Assembly: GCA_964583955.1 (NCBI GenBank)
Contig: CAZOXY010000001.1
Span: 167,553 to 231,552, forward strand
DNA from: an uncultured Chloracidobacterium sp.
GTDB lineage: Bacteria > Acidobacteriota > Blastocatellia > Pyrinomonadales > Pyrinomonadaceae
Direction of reading: 5' to 3'
Length of the DNA stretch: 64,000 nt
In this document: one piece after another, positions 18,826 to 28,095 of the stretch
How the letters are laid out: each line of letters begins with the position of its first letter
How positions within the stretch are numbered: position 1 is the first letter of the stretch
Notes under the pieces: generated by a model
Told to the model about the DNA's origin: nothing
Database searches by the model: none
What the model saw: only the letters and a program-made list of their open reading frames with translations
Program-made: the position numbers and the translations under genes

Positions 18826-20199
18826 ATGATGCACAGAATAACAGCAATTTTGATGATCCTGGCCTTTACGGTCACGGCCTCAGCGCAGATAAGGCTGCGT
18901 TTGCCAAAAGTGGAACTTCCAAAAAAAGAGAATGTTGAGGCAACCGTCGATAAAGCCGCCGGTGCGACGCCAGCGGCAGCAGCAAACTCGTCGCAGAGAA
19001 GCTCTAACCGGCAGATGGTAATTGATGACGGCTTTACGTTCTTTGACGCCGAACCTTTGCAGGAATACAGCAACCAGCTTCGCCGTCAGGTAGGGATCGG
19101 CTGGTACCTTAAATCTAATCTACGGATGTTCGGGACCGTTCCGAATAGAAGTGCGTTCAAGCTGGTTGTCAGCAAGGCGGGCCGCGACCTTGCCGTGATT
19201 CGATGCGAAGGAACACCCTACCGCAAAGGCGAAGACCCCGTGCCGGAAAATCGCACACGGCCCGAAGATGACTATATGCTGACGAACCAACGCGGTTGTG
19301 AGGACAAGACGAAAGCCATAAAAGATACGGGAAAAATGGATGTAAAGGTCTATTTCATCAATGGCAATACTGATGAGGAAAAACTGTTGAGGACATATAA
19401 GATAGATGTCCGCGAAGCAAAAAGGGTACGCGGATCAGCAACCGCTCCCGTTCCTGATGTTCCGCATTACTATATTCAGCGTCATGCCGAAACGTCCGCC
19501 GCGATCCTTTTTGTACGACCGAGAGGTATGAATCAGCGTTTAGGGCCGAACTATTTTCGTGAAGCGGGCGACGGCGATTTTAACAGCGAGATCGAAATAT
19601 ATTTTAACTTCTCGCCCGAAAAACAGGTGAACCGGCTTAGAAGTATGGCTACGCGGTGTTCGGTCAACGGAACTTTTCTGAATTTTCCCGGTCCGAGTCC
19701 TTATGCCGACGAAAACCGTCTTCGGTTGATGCGAACCGAATGGGGCATATACACTGACCGGCTGGCCGCGCAATACAAGCGGGCGAATGAATATATGGAC
19801 GAGGTCTCGTTCGTTCAATACCAGCTTCGGCTTCCGCTTTTGATCAAGGGCGATGCTGCAAACAATCGTTTGGGAATGGCGGACCACAGGGGCGACTGGG
19901 AATGTTCGATCCGACAGAACGGCGAAACGATAAGGACATTTCGCTGGAAGACCGGCAGCGACGGGATGCCCGTCGCGCATCCCGAACAGACGTCCGGCAA
20001 TGTGAATCTCGGTCATAACGGCTATCTGATCGAGGCAATGGTTCCTGCCGGTGGCAGCTCAGTGGACCATCGTCTTTTACCGCTGCCGAATGACGGCGTT
20101 TTCTACGGCATTCCGTGGAGTTCAGCGGAAGGCAAAGCTGCCGCCGGAAAGGTGCCGACCAAAGGAAGGCCTTATCACGTTCCTTCAACAACGCGGTAA
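18826..20199 (+). CDS. secreted hypothetical protein
   Basis: 457 aa. Signal peptide MMHRITAILMILAFTVTASAQ. AAGGAAA upstream of the start. No known domain recognised. Confidence 0.55.
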   Translation: MMHRITAILMILAFTVTASAQIRLRLPKVELPKKENVEATVDKAAGATPAAAANSSQRSSNRQMVIDDGFTFFDAEPLQEYSNQLRRQVGIGWYLKSNLRMFGTVPNRSAFKLVVSKAGRDLAVIRCEGTPYRKGEDPVPENRTRPEDDYMLTNQRGCEDKTKAIKDTGKMDVKVYFINGNTDEEKLLRTYKIDVREAKRVRGSATAPVPDVPHYYIQRHAETSAAILFVRPRGMNQRLGPNYFREAGDGDFNSEIEIYFNFSPEKQVNRLRSMATRCSVNGTFLNFPGPSPYADENRLRLMRTEWGIYTDRLAAQYKRANEYMDEVSFVQYQLRLPLLIKGDAANNRLGMADHRGDWECSIRQNGETIRTFRWKTGSDGMPVAHPEQTSGNVNLGHNGYLIEAMVPAGGSSVDHRLLPLPNDGVFYGIPWSSAEGKAAAGKVPTKGRPYHVPSTTR

Positions 20200-20212
20200 G
20201 AGGGGAGGCAGA

Positions 20213-20659
20213 ATGGCAGTAAACTATAACGGAAGGACCGTTTCTGACGAAGAAGTAAAAAATGTGCTTACCGCTATCTCGGATTACTTTGGTAAGGATG
20301 TGGATGTTACCTCGGGCGATCGCGGAAGCGCGTTGTCTATCGGTGCAGGCACAAACAGCCTGCATTTGCAGAACCGTGCCGCCGATTTTCATGTGCAGGA
20401 CTATGACGACGCAACGGCATATCTGCATATCAAGGTGTTCGCGTCGCAGATCTTCAAAACGGGCGAAAGGTACGAGTTCATCTGGCATGGCCCGCACACC
20501 GACACCGGCGGCCAGCATCTGCATATCGGCCGTTCGGGCACAAACGCCAACGGGTATGTAAAATTCCTGAAGGAAGGAGTCACATCGGAAGGAGCGGGGG
20601 TTTATGCAAGGGATGCCGTAATGCAGATGGTCTGGTCGGCGCGAAGCGACGCAGGATGA
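20213..20659 (+). CDS. LAS-superfamily (peptidase M15 / DUF882-like) zinc peptidase, no signal peptide
   Basis: ATG at 20213 with GAGGGGAGG upstream. H-x6-D (HLQNRAAD) and HxH (HLH) zinc motifs. SGDRGS resembles the SGYR motif of the family. Confidence 0.6.
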   Translation: MAVNYNGRTVSDEEVKNVLTAISDYFGKDVDVTSGDRGSALSIGAGTNSLHLQNRAADFHVQDYDDATAYLHIKVFASQIFKTGERYEFIWHGPHTDTGGQHLHIGRSGTNANGYVKFLKEGVTSEGAGVYARDAVMQMVWSARSDAG

Positions 20660-20757
20660 TCGCCCGCAGAAAAAAGTAAAGAGCGCAGGATTTGCCGATA
20701 CCTGTTAAAAAAGGCTAGCATCTAAGTTCAGTTTTTTGCGGACGAAAGGCAGACCCA

Positions 20758-21813
20758 TTGAACTTAGATACCACGGAAAATTCAGACGGGCAGCAGATCA
20801 GGCCCGAGCTGTCAGGCCGATTGAAGATACTGGCGGTCACTGGGACCATCTTCGGGATCGGCCTTTTTGCCGTGTTCGTTTATTCCGCCGGTGTCGGTCA
20901 GATCGCTGAGAGCGTTTCGCGCTTTGGCCTTATCGGCTTTGCGGTGATACTCGGCATTTTCTTTTTGCGGATCTGTCTGCGGGCGTCGGCGTGGGCGCTT
21001 TCGGTTTACGAACCCTATGCGCTAAAGCTCCGCGACACCGTACCTGCCGTTATCATCGGCGAGGTGATGAGTACGGTGATACCGATAGGCATCGTCGTCA
21101 GCGGAACGGCAAAGGCCGTTGCCGTTCGCCGTCACGTTCCGCTGGTCGTCGGGCTGTCATCGGTAGCAACGGAAAATCTGTTTTACAGCATGACGACCAG
21201 TATGCTGCTGATATTGGGCGCCCTCACATTTGTCCGAACGTTCGATATCGATCCGGGAGTGGCGATAGGAATAGATATTCTGATCGGATCGATGATAGCC
21301 GTGCTTATTTTCCTGATCCTCATGGTCATCAGGCAATGGCATTTTGCCAGCGAGCTTTGCGAATGGCTTTACAAAAAAGGCGTCCTAAAAGGCATTCTGG
21401 AAAGCGGCCGCCTGCAGGTGCGTTTATTTGAAAATCTTGTTTACGGTTTTTATCGCCATCACCCAAAACGTTTCCTGCCGATCATTTTCATCGAATGCGC
21501 ATTTCACCTGCTGGGCATATTAGAGGTCTGGTTCGTGCTTTCACGTATCACCGAAGGCGGAGCGACATTTCTGAACGGGTTCCTTCTGGAATCGGTAAAC
21601 CGCCTTATTTCGATAGTGTTCAAACTGATCCCTTTTCTTTTGGGCGTTGACGAGGCCGGGGCGCAGATGGTGGCTGAGACGCTGGCGATCGGCGCCGGTG
21701 TCGGTGTGACGCTCGCGATCATCCGAAAAGGCAGGATGCTTTTCTGGGCGATCATCGGCTTTGTGCTCATCTTAAAGCGCGGGCTGAAATTCAGCCGTTT
21801 ACTCGGACAGTGA
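20758..21813 (+). CDS. UPF0104 / lysylphosphatidylglycerol-synthase-TM-region-like (flippase-like) membrane protein
   Basis: 351 aa, about 8 TM. N-terminal RLKILAV...G...F pattern typical of the family. TTG start in the ORF track is uncertain. Confidence 0.55.
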   Translation: MNLDTTENSDGQQIRPELSGRLKILAVTGTIFGIGLFAVFVYSAGVGQIAESVSRFGLIGFAVILGIFFLRICLRASAWALSVYEPYALKLRDTVPAVIIGEVMSTVIPIGIVVSGTAKAVAVRRHVPLVVGLSSVATENLFYSMTTSMLLILGALTFVRTFDIDPGVAIGIDILIGSMIAVLIFLILMVIRQWHFASELCEWLYKKGVLKGILESGRLQVRLFENLVYGFYRHHPKRFLPIIFIECAFHLLGILEVWFVLSRITEGGATFLNGFLLESVNRLISIVFKLIPFLLGVDEAGAQMVAETLAIGAGVGVTLAIIRKGRMLFWAIIGFVLILKRGLKFSRLLGQ

Positions 21814-21841
21814 TGGCGAAGAATTCAAACGGCGGGCGACT

Positions 21842-23638
21842 TCATTGCTGATATATCGGCCACAGATAAGGAACCAGCAGCATTGCCACCACAAAAACGA
21901 TGACCGTCAGCAACGTACCTACCTTGACGAAATCCATGAACTTATACCGGCCCGGCGTATAGACCAGGACACACGCCGGTTCCAGCGGCGTTATGAATGA
22001 GAACGAGGCGGCGTAAGTTACCATTATTGCGAACGTGCGCGGATTCAATCCCATGGCAACGGCCGTCTGCACGGCAACCGGCAGCACGACCAGAGCGGCT
22101 GCCTGATTTGACATAGGCTGCGTTAGAAAAACGGTCAGGAGAAAAAATCCCGCAATAACAGGCAGCGCACCATATTCGCCAAAATTTGTTTGGATCAAAT
22201 TAGCCAGTACCTGATCGGTTCCGGTCTGTTCCATCGCTACACCAAAGCTCATCATACAGGCGATAAGTACGAGCAGCCTGAAATCTATCAGAGAATACAT
22301 CTCTGAATAGCGAACAGTTTTCGTCCCCAGCAAGAGCAGCACACCTGCGAGAACGGCTATCGCCAGAGGTATGTCTATGCCGATGGTGATCTTTGAAACG
22401 GAAAGCCCGAGGAAAAGCAAAAAGGCGCTGATGGCCCATTTACGTTTATCCAGACGCATGCTCTTTGCCGAAACGTCCTCAAGCATCAGGACCTCATTAT
22501 CGACAACAAGCTGCTCCACCTTGTCTCGCGATCCCTGAACCAGCAGAACATCACCGAACTTAAGCACCGCATCAGAGAGTTTTTCAATAAAGGTCTCTCC
22601 GTGGCGATTGATGGCGAGGACCGTCATATCATAGTTCTGTCTGAACCGTAAGGCCCGCAGGTTTTGTCCGGCCAGAAATGAATCGCGCATCACCAAAACC
22701 TCAAAAAGCTCAATAGGGCCGCTTTTCAGCGCGTCATCATTAAGCTTGAAATCCGGCCTGATCTCCAATCCCGCCTCTTCCTTTACACGGAGGATGTCGG
22801 TTATCTTGCCCTGAACTATCAACAGGTCATTGGCACGTATCTTTTCGTCGGGCCGCGGCGAAACGCGTCTTTTGTCATCGCGTATATAACCGATAACGTT
22901 CAGCCCCAGATCGTTGTAGATATTTGATTCCCCAAGCGTTTTGCCGACCAGCCGTGAATCGTAAAGCACCAGCAATTCGGATATGTATTCGCGGATGCTG
23001 TACTGGTCTGTCAAGGACTCTTCGCCGCCGCGTGTCGGCAGCATCTTGCGACCGAGAACGAGCATGTACGCGATGCCGGCAAGAGCGATCATAACGCCGA
23101 CCGGCGTCAGTTCGAACATCGAGATGGCTTCGTAGCCGTAGCGCTGAATGGTTCCGCTGACGGCCAGATTTGTCGATGTGCCGATCAGTGTGCAGCTTCC
23201 GCCAAGAATGGCGCCGAACGCAAGCGGCATCAGCAGTTTTGACGGAGCGACCTTCGCCTTTGCCGCCAGCCCGATGACCACCGGCAGGAACATTGCGGTA
23301 GTTGTTGTGTTCTTCAGTACGGATGCCGACACGGCCGCCATCGCCATTATCAGCGTTGTCAGCAACAGGACGTTGTTGCCCGCTATCTGATGCAGGCGTC
23401 GTCCCAGAAGGTCAACAATGCCCGTCTTTATCAGCCCGCCGACCAAAATAAAAAGGCCGCCGATGGTAATGATGATGTCATTGCCAAACCCGGCGACCGC
23501 CTGCTGGACGGTCAGCACCTGTGTCAGCACCAGGGCCATCACCAAAAGGATGCCGACGACATCGACCGGCAGCTTTTCGGTGGCGAAAAGCGTTATTGCC
23601 AGAACAAGGAGAACCAGAGTTATGGTTGTTTCAGACAT
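21842..23638 (-). CDS. SLC13/DASS-family anion permease with two central TrkA-C (RCK-C) domains
   Basis: 598 aa. Multi-TM halves flank two soluble repeats (LVGKTLGESN...VIGYIRD, LAGQNLRALR...VLAINRHG). Confidence 0.85.
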   Translation of the reverse strand: MSETTITLVLLVLAITLFATEKLPVDVVGILLVMALVLTQVLTVQQAVAGFGNDIIITIGGLFILVGGLIKTGIVDLLGRRLHQIAGNNVLLLTTLIMAMAAVSASVLKNTTTTAMFLPVVIGLAAKAKVAPSKLLMPLAFGAILGGSCTLIGTSTNLAVSGTIQRYGYEAISMFELTPVGVMIALAGIAYMLVLGRKMLPTRGGEESLTDQYSIREYISELLVLYDSRLVGKTLGESNIYNDLGLNVIGYIRDDKRRVSPRPDEKIRANDLLIVQGKITDILRVKEEAGLEIRPDFKLNDDALKSGPIELFEVLVMRDSFLAGQNLRALRFRQNYDMTVLAINRHGETFIEKLSDAVLKFGDVLLVQGSRDKVEQLVVDNEVLMLEDVSAKSMRLDKRKWAISAFLLFLGLSVSKITIGIDIPLAIAVLAGVLLLLGTKTVRYSEMYSLIDFRLLVLIACMMSFGVAMEQTGTDQVLANLIQTNFGEYGALPVIAGFFLLTVFLTQPMSNQAAALVVLPVAVQTAVAMGLNPRTFAIMVTYAASFSFITPLEPACVLVYTPGRYKFMDFVKVGTLLTVIVFVVAMLLVPYLWPIYQQ

Positions 23639-23878
23639 TTGCCAACAAGGACCGCTCGTTTTCGATTTTATTTTAAAATGATGTCGTGATTAAATCAGAG
23701 GCTGAACAGGAACCACTAAGACACGTTCCTTTGACAAAAACACTGCCGGCGGCGCCTCTAAACCGTGAACACACTTATGCTTGCGCTTGATTTTTGTTAA
23801 TGCATTATCGCAAAAAATGAGCAAAACTTGAAACCGGACGGAACAAGGTGCCAGTCAGATCATTTTGGAGAAAAAACG

Positions 23879-25414
23879 ATGAGAAAGACCTTTTTGCTTT
23901 GCTGTACAGTTCTTTTGCTGTCCGCCGCCGCGGCCGCTCAGAGCGTGGAATCGCGATTGGCGGAGACAGACGCCTACGCAAAAACCGTCATGTCGGATTG
24001 GAACCAGCCCGGCATGGCCATCGCCATTGTAAAGGATGACAAGGTCGTTTTTCAGAGAGGTTATGGCGTGCGGCAGCTTGGAAAAACCGACGCGGTCGAT
24101 CCCGACACCGTTTTTGCCATTGCTTCCAATTCCAAGGCGTTTTTGACCGCGACGCTTGCCATTTTGGTTGATGAAGGCAAGCTGAAATGGGACGATAAGG
24201 TGAAGAAATATCTGCCGGAATTTGAGATGTACGACCCCTGGGTGACAAACGAGCTTACGGTTCGCGACCTGGTCACGCATCGCGTCGGCCTCGGAACGTT
24301 CAGCGGTGATCTGTTGTGGTATGAGACCACATACACCTCCGAGGAGATACTGGAACGCATCAGGCATCTGAGACCGACATCGAGTTTTCGCAGCCGATAC
24401 GGCTATCAGAATTTGATGTTCATTGCGGCGGGCCGTGTGGTCGAAAAAATTTCCGGTAAACCGTGGTGCGAGTTTGTCCGTGAGCGCATCCATCAGCCGT
24501 TGGGAATGAGCCGGACGGTGTGCAGCATCAAAGACCTGCCGGACAATGCCGCGTGGCCGCATAACGAATCCGGCGGAAAGATGCGTGTCCTGCATCGCGG
24601 AAACGTTGACGGCGCGGATTCTGCTGCGTCATTAAATTCTTCGGTCAATGATCTGAGCAAATGGATCAGGACTCAGCTTGGACGCGGAACCTTTGAGGGT
24701 AAAAGGATATTCAGTCCGGAGCGTTCATGGGAAATGTGGCAGCCTTATATGTCCAATCAGATCTCCGAAGCCGCATCCAGAGACAATCCGACGCGCCATT
24801 TCAGCGGCGTCGGCATGGGCTGGTTCGTCTATGATTATCACGGGCGAAAGGTCATCGATCACAGCGGCGGGCTGGATGGAATGCTCTCATATACGGTGTT
24901 GGTTCCTGAGGAAAACCTTGGATTCGTCGTCCTGACAAATTCGGAAACACCGGCCTTTCGGATAATGATGAGCAAGATAAGGGACGTGCTGCTCGGCGCA
25001 CCCGAACGGGACTGGAACACCGAGGCAAAAGCTGCGGTTGAACGAAACCGTGCCGCAGCGGAAACCAGAGAGAAGGAAATAGATGCTCAGCGCGTGGCCG
25101 GTACAAAATTAACACTGCCGCTTTCGGGTTACACAGGTATTTATTCAGACAAAATGTACGGCGATATCGAGATCAAGGAGGAAAACGGAGGGCTGGTCAT
25201 GCATTTTCAGCCTTCGCCAAATTTTGTCGCCGATCTGGAACACTGGCATTACGACACATTTCTCATAAAATGGCGTTCCTCCGTAGCGTACGATTTCCCA
25301 CGCGGTTTTGTGACATTTACCCTTGACGCCCGGGGCAGAACGGACGAGTTGAAGATAGATCAGCCGAATAGCGATTTTTGGTTCTATGAACTGTCACCAA
25401 AACGCGTTAAGTGA
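23879..25414 (+). CDS. secreted beta-lactamase-fold serine hydrolase (class C / PBP-like) with a C-terminal lipocalin-like (DUF3471-type) domain
   Basis: SxxK motif ASNSK, YQN (YxN), HSGG. Signal peptide after the ATG at 23879. Confidence 0.8.
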   Translation: MRKTFLLCCTVLLLSAAAAAQSVESRLAETDAYAKTVMSDWNQPGMAIAIVKDDKVVFQRGYGVRQLGKTDAVDPDTVFAIASNSKAFLTATLAILVDEGKLKWDDKVKKYLPEFEMYDPWVTNELTVRDLVTHRVGLGTFSGDLLWYETTYTSEEILERIRHLRPTSSFRSRYGYQNLMFIAAGRVVEKISGKPWCEFVRERIHQPLGMSRTVCSIKDLPDNAAWPHNESGGKMRVLHRGNVDGADSAASLNSSVNDLSKWIRTQLGRGTFEGKRIFSPERSWEMWQPYMSNQISEAASRDNPTRHFSGVGMGWFVYDYHGRKVIDHSGGLDGMLSYTVLVPEENLGFVVLTNSETPAFRIMMSKIRDVLLGAPERDWNTEAKAAVERNRAAAETREKEIDAQRVAGTKLTLPLSGYTGIYSDKMYGDIEIKEENGGLVMHFQPSPNFVADLEHWHYDTFLIKWRSSVAYDFPRGFVTFTLDARGRTDELKIDQPNSDFWFYELSPKRVK

Positions 25415-25504
25415 CCCTGATGCTCGACAAGGTCGGGCAATATATGTAAAAATTTCGTTTACTTCAAAAAACCTATCTATAAACATATTCTCAGGAGATC
25501 TTAA

Positions 25505-25933
25505 ATGTCAGACGAAACAAATAATGAAGCGGAAGGCATTGCAAAGCCAACTATCACAATAGCCGAAAGAGAGGGAGAAGGCGGAGCCGCCGCCGCATCG
25601 CCGACCATTACCATTGCGGAACGCGAGGGCGACAACAGCTCATCAGCCGTTGCTTCACCGACCATTACCATTGCCGAGCGCGAGGGCGACAACAGTTCAT
25701 CATCAGCCGCATCGCCGACGATAACTATTGCCGAAAGAGAAGGTGACGGTGACGCCGCTGCCGAGCCGGTAACGGAAGCGGCGGAATCAGAGGACGTTCA
25801 CTATCAGGCTGTTGAAAAGGACGGCACCGTGACCGCTATCTGGGAAATGCAGGGCCAACGCCACATTCGCACGATCGATCCGCGCTCGGGTGAAGGCAAA
25901 CAGATATTGGCTCTGTTTGAAACAGCAGCGTAA
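25505..25933 (+). CDS. small acidic protein with four PTITIAEREG[DE] repeats and a C-terminal globular segment
   Basis: AGGAGA 7 nt upstream. 142 aa. The repeats are separated by Gly/Ala/Ser spacers. Confidence 0.6.
   Translation: MSDETNNEAEGIAKPTITIAEREGEGGAAAASPTITIAEREGDNSSSAVASPTITIAEREGDNSSSSAASPTITIAEREGDGDAAAEPVTEAAESEDVHYQAVEKDGTVTAIWEMQGQRHIRTIDPRSGEGKQILALFETAA
25547..25765 (+). repeat. four tandem coding repeats (about 57 nt) encoding PTITIAEREG[DE] plus spacer
   Basis: cca act atc aca ata gcc gaa aga gag / ccg acc att acc att gcg gaa cgc gag / ccg acc att acc att gcc gag cgc gag / ccg acg ata act att gcc gaa aga gaa. Confidence 0.8.
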
Positions 25934-25958
25934 GGTATTTATGCTGCTCGGGATATAT

Positions 25959-25994
25959 TCGAGACCGCGTTCATTTTGGTGAGCGCGGTCTCGA
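25959..25994. terminator. bidirectional hairpin terminator between convergent genes
   Basis: TCGAGACCGCG ... CGCGGTCTCGA, a perfect 11-bp stem. Confidence 0.6.
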
Positions 25995-26027
25995 ACTATT
26001 TGATCATCCAGTTAAACTGACCAACAG

Positions 26028-26825
26028 TTAGAACAATGATGTGATGTCATGGCCTTTTGCGGAAAGAGATCTGCCGTTAAACTCATTTACCTGAACTATC
26101 CCGATACCTGCCGATGTCAGGAATATTTCATCTGCCTCATCAAGATCGGAAATGGCCGCTGAGACTTCGGCACATTCAAAATTTTCCATTACAAATTCGC
26201 GTGTGGTTCCCGGCAGACAACCCGTATTGAGTTCCGGTGTGTACAAGCGCCCGTCTGATATCCAAAAGATGTTGCACATACAGCCGCCGACAACCTCACC
26301 GCGTTCGTTGATGCGGACAGCCTCATCATATCCGCGCCTTTCTGCCTCATTGAATGCCGTCAGATTTTCCAAATAGTTGCCGGATTTCACCCCGGCAAGC
26401 GGTGATGTCGAATTAAGCAAAAACGGCGATGTTGTCAGCGTGAATAGATCGGAGATCTTTCTGCTCTCTCGTGTGGTGATGAGAAGGGCGGCTTCCGGTT
26501 TCTGTGCATCATCTGCCCACAAACCGCCTGTGGTAACGTCAAAAAAGGTAATGCGGCCCACGCCGTTCCGATCCGAATTTGCTTCGGTAAGTTCAGACAA
26601 TGCCGTGAATACGCGCTCCTCGGAATAGGCGGAAATGTCAATTCCCAAAAGCTTTGCATTGGACAACAATCTTTGCCAATGCTTATCTTGCAGCAATGGC
26701 CGCCCGTCGCGAATGGCAACGGTCGTAAACACGCTTTTTCCATAAAATGCCGCCAGAGAAAAGGCATCCAGTTTTGCCTCTTTCGCATCGGACACGATAC
26801 GGTCTTGCCAAAAGACATTTCTCAT
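26028..26825 (-). CDS. class IV aminotransferase-fold protein (aminodeoxychorismate lyase / D-amino-acid or branched-chain aminotransferase-like)
   Basis: GKSVFTT...HWQRL N-terminal pattern and GVKSGNYLEN (catalytic Lys region). Confidence 0.75.
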   Translation of the reverse strand: MRNVFWQDRIVSDAKEAKLDAFSLAAFYGKSVFTTVAIRDGRPLLQDKHWQRLLSNAKLLGIDISAYSEERVFTALSELTEANSDRNGVGRITFFDVTTGGLWADDAQKPEAALLITTRESRKISDLFTLTTSPFLLNSTSPLAGVKSGNYLENLTAFNEAERRGYDEAVRINERGEVVGGCMCNIFWISDGRLYTPELNTGCLPGTTREFVMENFECAEVSAAISDLDEADEIFLTSAGIGIVQVNEFNGRSLSAKGHDITSLF

Positions 26826-26903
26826 TGAATAAATTATCAGGCGAGACGGAATAAAAAGTAAAACACCGCCGCCGCTTCAAGCGGGCAGTTTCGTGTCCAC
26901 ACA

Positions 26904-27578
26904 ATGAATAAACTGATCTTTTTGCCCCCGACAGTATTGATCACGGCCCTTATATTCGGCTGTGGCGGCGGCCTGTCACAACCGAGGCTTTCCAACAGTG
27001 TTTCCGATCTTGACGCCGCGCGTACGATCGAAGAGCCGCCGCTCGGCCGCATCGCCTCAGAACCGGTCAGGAAAATGCTTGAAAGCGCTTTTGAGCAGAT
27101 CGAAACGACCACCGAATATACGCAGGATTATTTTGTGATCGCATATCCGGGCGGCGACGTTCCGCCGGAGACCGGAGCCTGCACCGATGTTGTCATCAGG
27201 GCAATGCGGGCGGCGGGCATTGACCTGCAAAAACAGGTTCACGAAGATATGCGGACAAATTTTGCCGCGTATCCAAAAAAATGGGGCCTGACCAAAACCG
27301 ATACCAACATCGACCATCGCCGCGTGCCAAATCTGCAAACCTATTTTACAAGAAAGGGAAAAAATTTGCCGTTGAAAGGTGAAGACGGAAATTATCAGCC
27401 GGGCGACATCATTTCATGGGACCTTAACGGAAAGGGAATGACCCACATCGGCCTTGTTTCAAACCAACGAAACAAAGAAACCGGCCGCTATATGATAATC
27501 CACAACATCGGCTCCGGCACGCGGGTGGAAGACAGGCTTTTCGAATGGAAAATAACGGGGCATTTCAGGTATTTCTGA
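26904..27578 (+). CDS. DUF1287-domain lipoprotein
   Basis: Lipobox-like LIFGCGG. GACTDVVIRAMRAAGIDLQKQVHEDM, NIDHRRVPNL and GDIISWDL...THIGLV motifs of DUF1287. Confidence 0.75.
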   Translation: MNKLIFLPPTVLITALIFGCGGGLSQPRLSNSVSDLDAARTIEEPPLGRIASEPVRKMLESAFEQIETTTEYTQDYFVIAYPGGDVPPETGACTDVVIRAMRAAGIDLQKQVHEDMRTNFAAYPKKWGLTKTDTNIDHRRVPNLQTYFTRKGKNLPLKGEDGNYQPGDIISWDLNGKGMTHIGLVSNQRNKETGRYMIIHNIGSGTRVEDRLFEWKITGHFRYF

Positions 27579-27597
27579 CATCTAAAATATCGAGCAA

Positions 27598-28083
27598 TTA
27601 TTGCAAAGACATATAACTCTTAGGCTCATCCTCATTTTCTCTTTTATCAAGAAAGATGCTTTTCAGAAGAAGAATTGTAAAGATCAACACAGGCAAAATA
27701 TGGATGGCGGTCATTAGAATAAAAAAGATATTTGATCGTTCCCAGGACTTGTAAATGTCAGTGATTGCAGTGCTGGTATTTCCCCACATCATCATACTCG
27801 CGTCCTCGAACATTAAAGGCAGAAACAAAACAAAGGTAGCTATGAAGTGCAGGCAAAGTATGGCAGCAAAGGACACTTTTGCCCAAAACGGCCTTAAGTT
27901 TACGACAATGAAACCCATTACCGGAAAAAACAAACCGAAGAAAAAAGTAAAGAAAAATAGGAAAAACCAAAGGAAATTTCCATGTCCGCCGCCGGTTATA
28001 AAAGCTGTCCAAAAACCATACAGAACGGCATAGACCAAACCTACAAAAGCTCCCAAACATCGTTTTAGCAAACTTCTATTCAT
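27598..28083 (-). CDS. Phe-rich integral membrane hypothetical protein
   Basis: 161 aa, 4-5 TM. AT-richer region. Confidence 0.45.
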   Translation of the reverse strand: MNRSLLKRCLGAFVGLVYAVLYGFWTAFITGGGHGNFLWFFLFFFTFFFGLFFPVMGFIVVNLRPFWAKVSFAAILCLHFIATFVLFLPLMFEDASMMMWGNTSTAITDIYKSWERSNIFFILMTAIHILPVLIFTILLLKSIFLDKRENEDEPKSYMSLQ

Positions 28084-28095
28084 AGACTGTCATAT

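Noticed and set aside
25505-25933. Calling the PTITIAEREG repeat protein a graspetide or other RiPP precursor
   Set aside because: No ATP-grasp ligase, protease or exporter gene is adjacent. The repeats are N-terminal rather than following a leader. It is kept as a speculative possibility inside the finding, not as a feature call.
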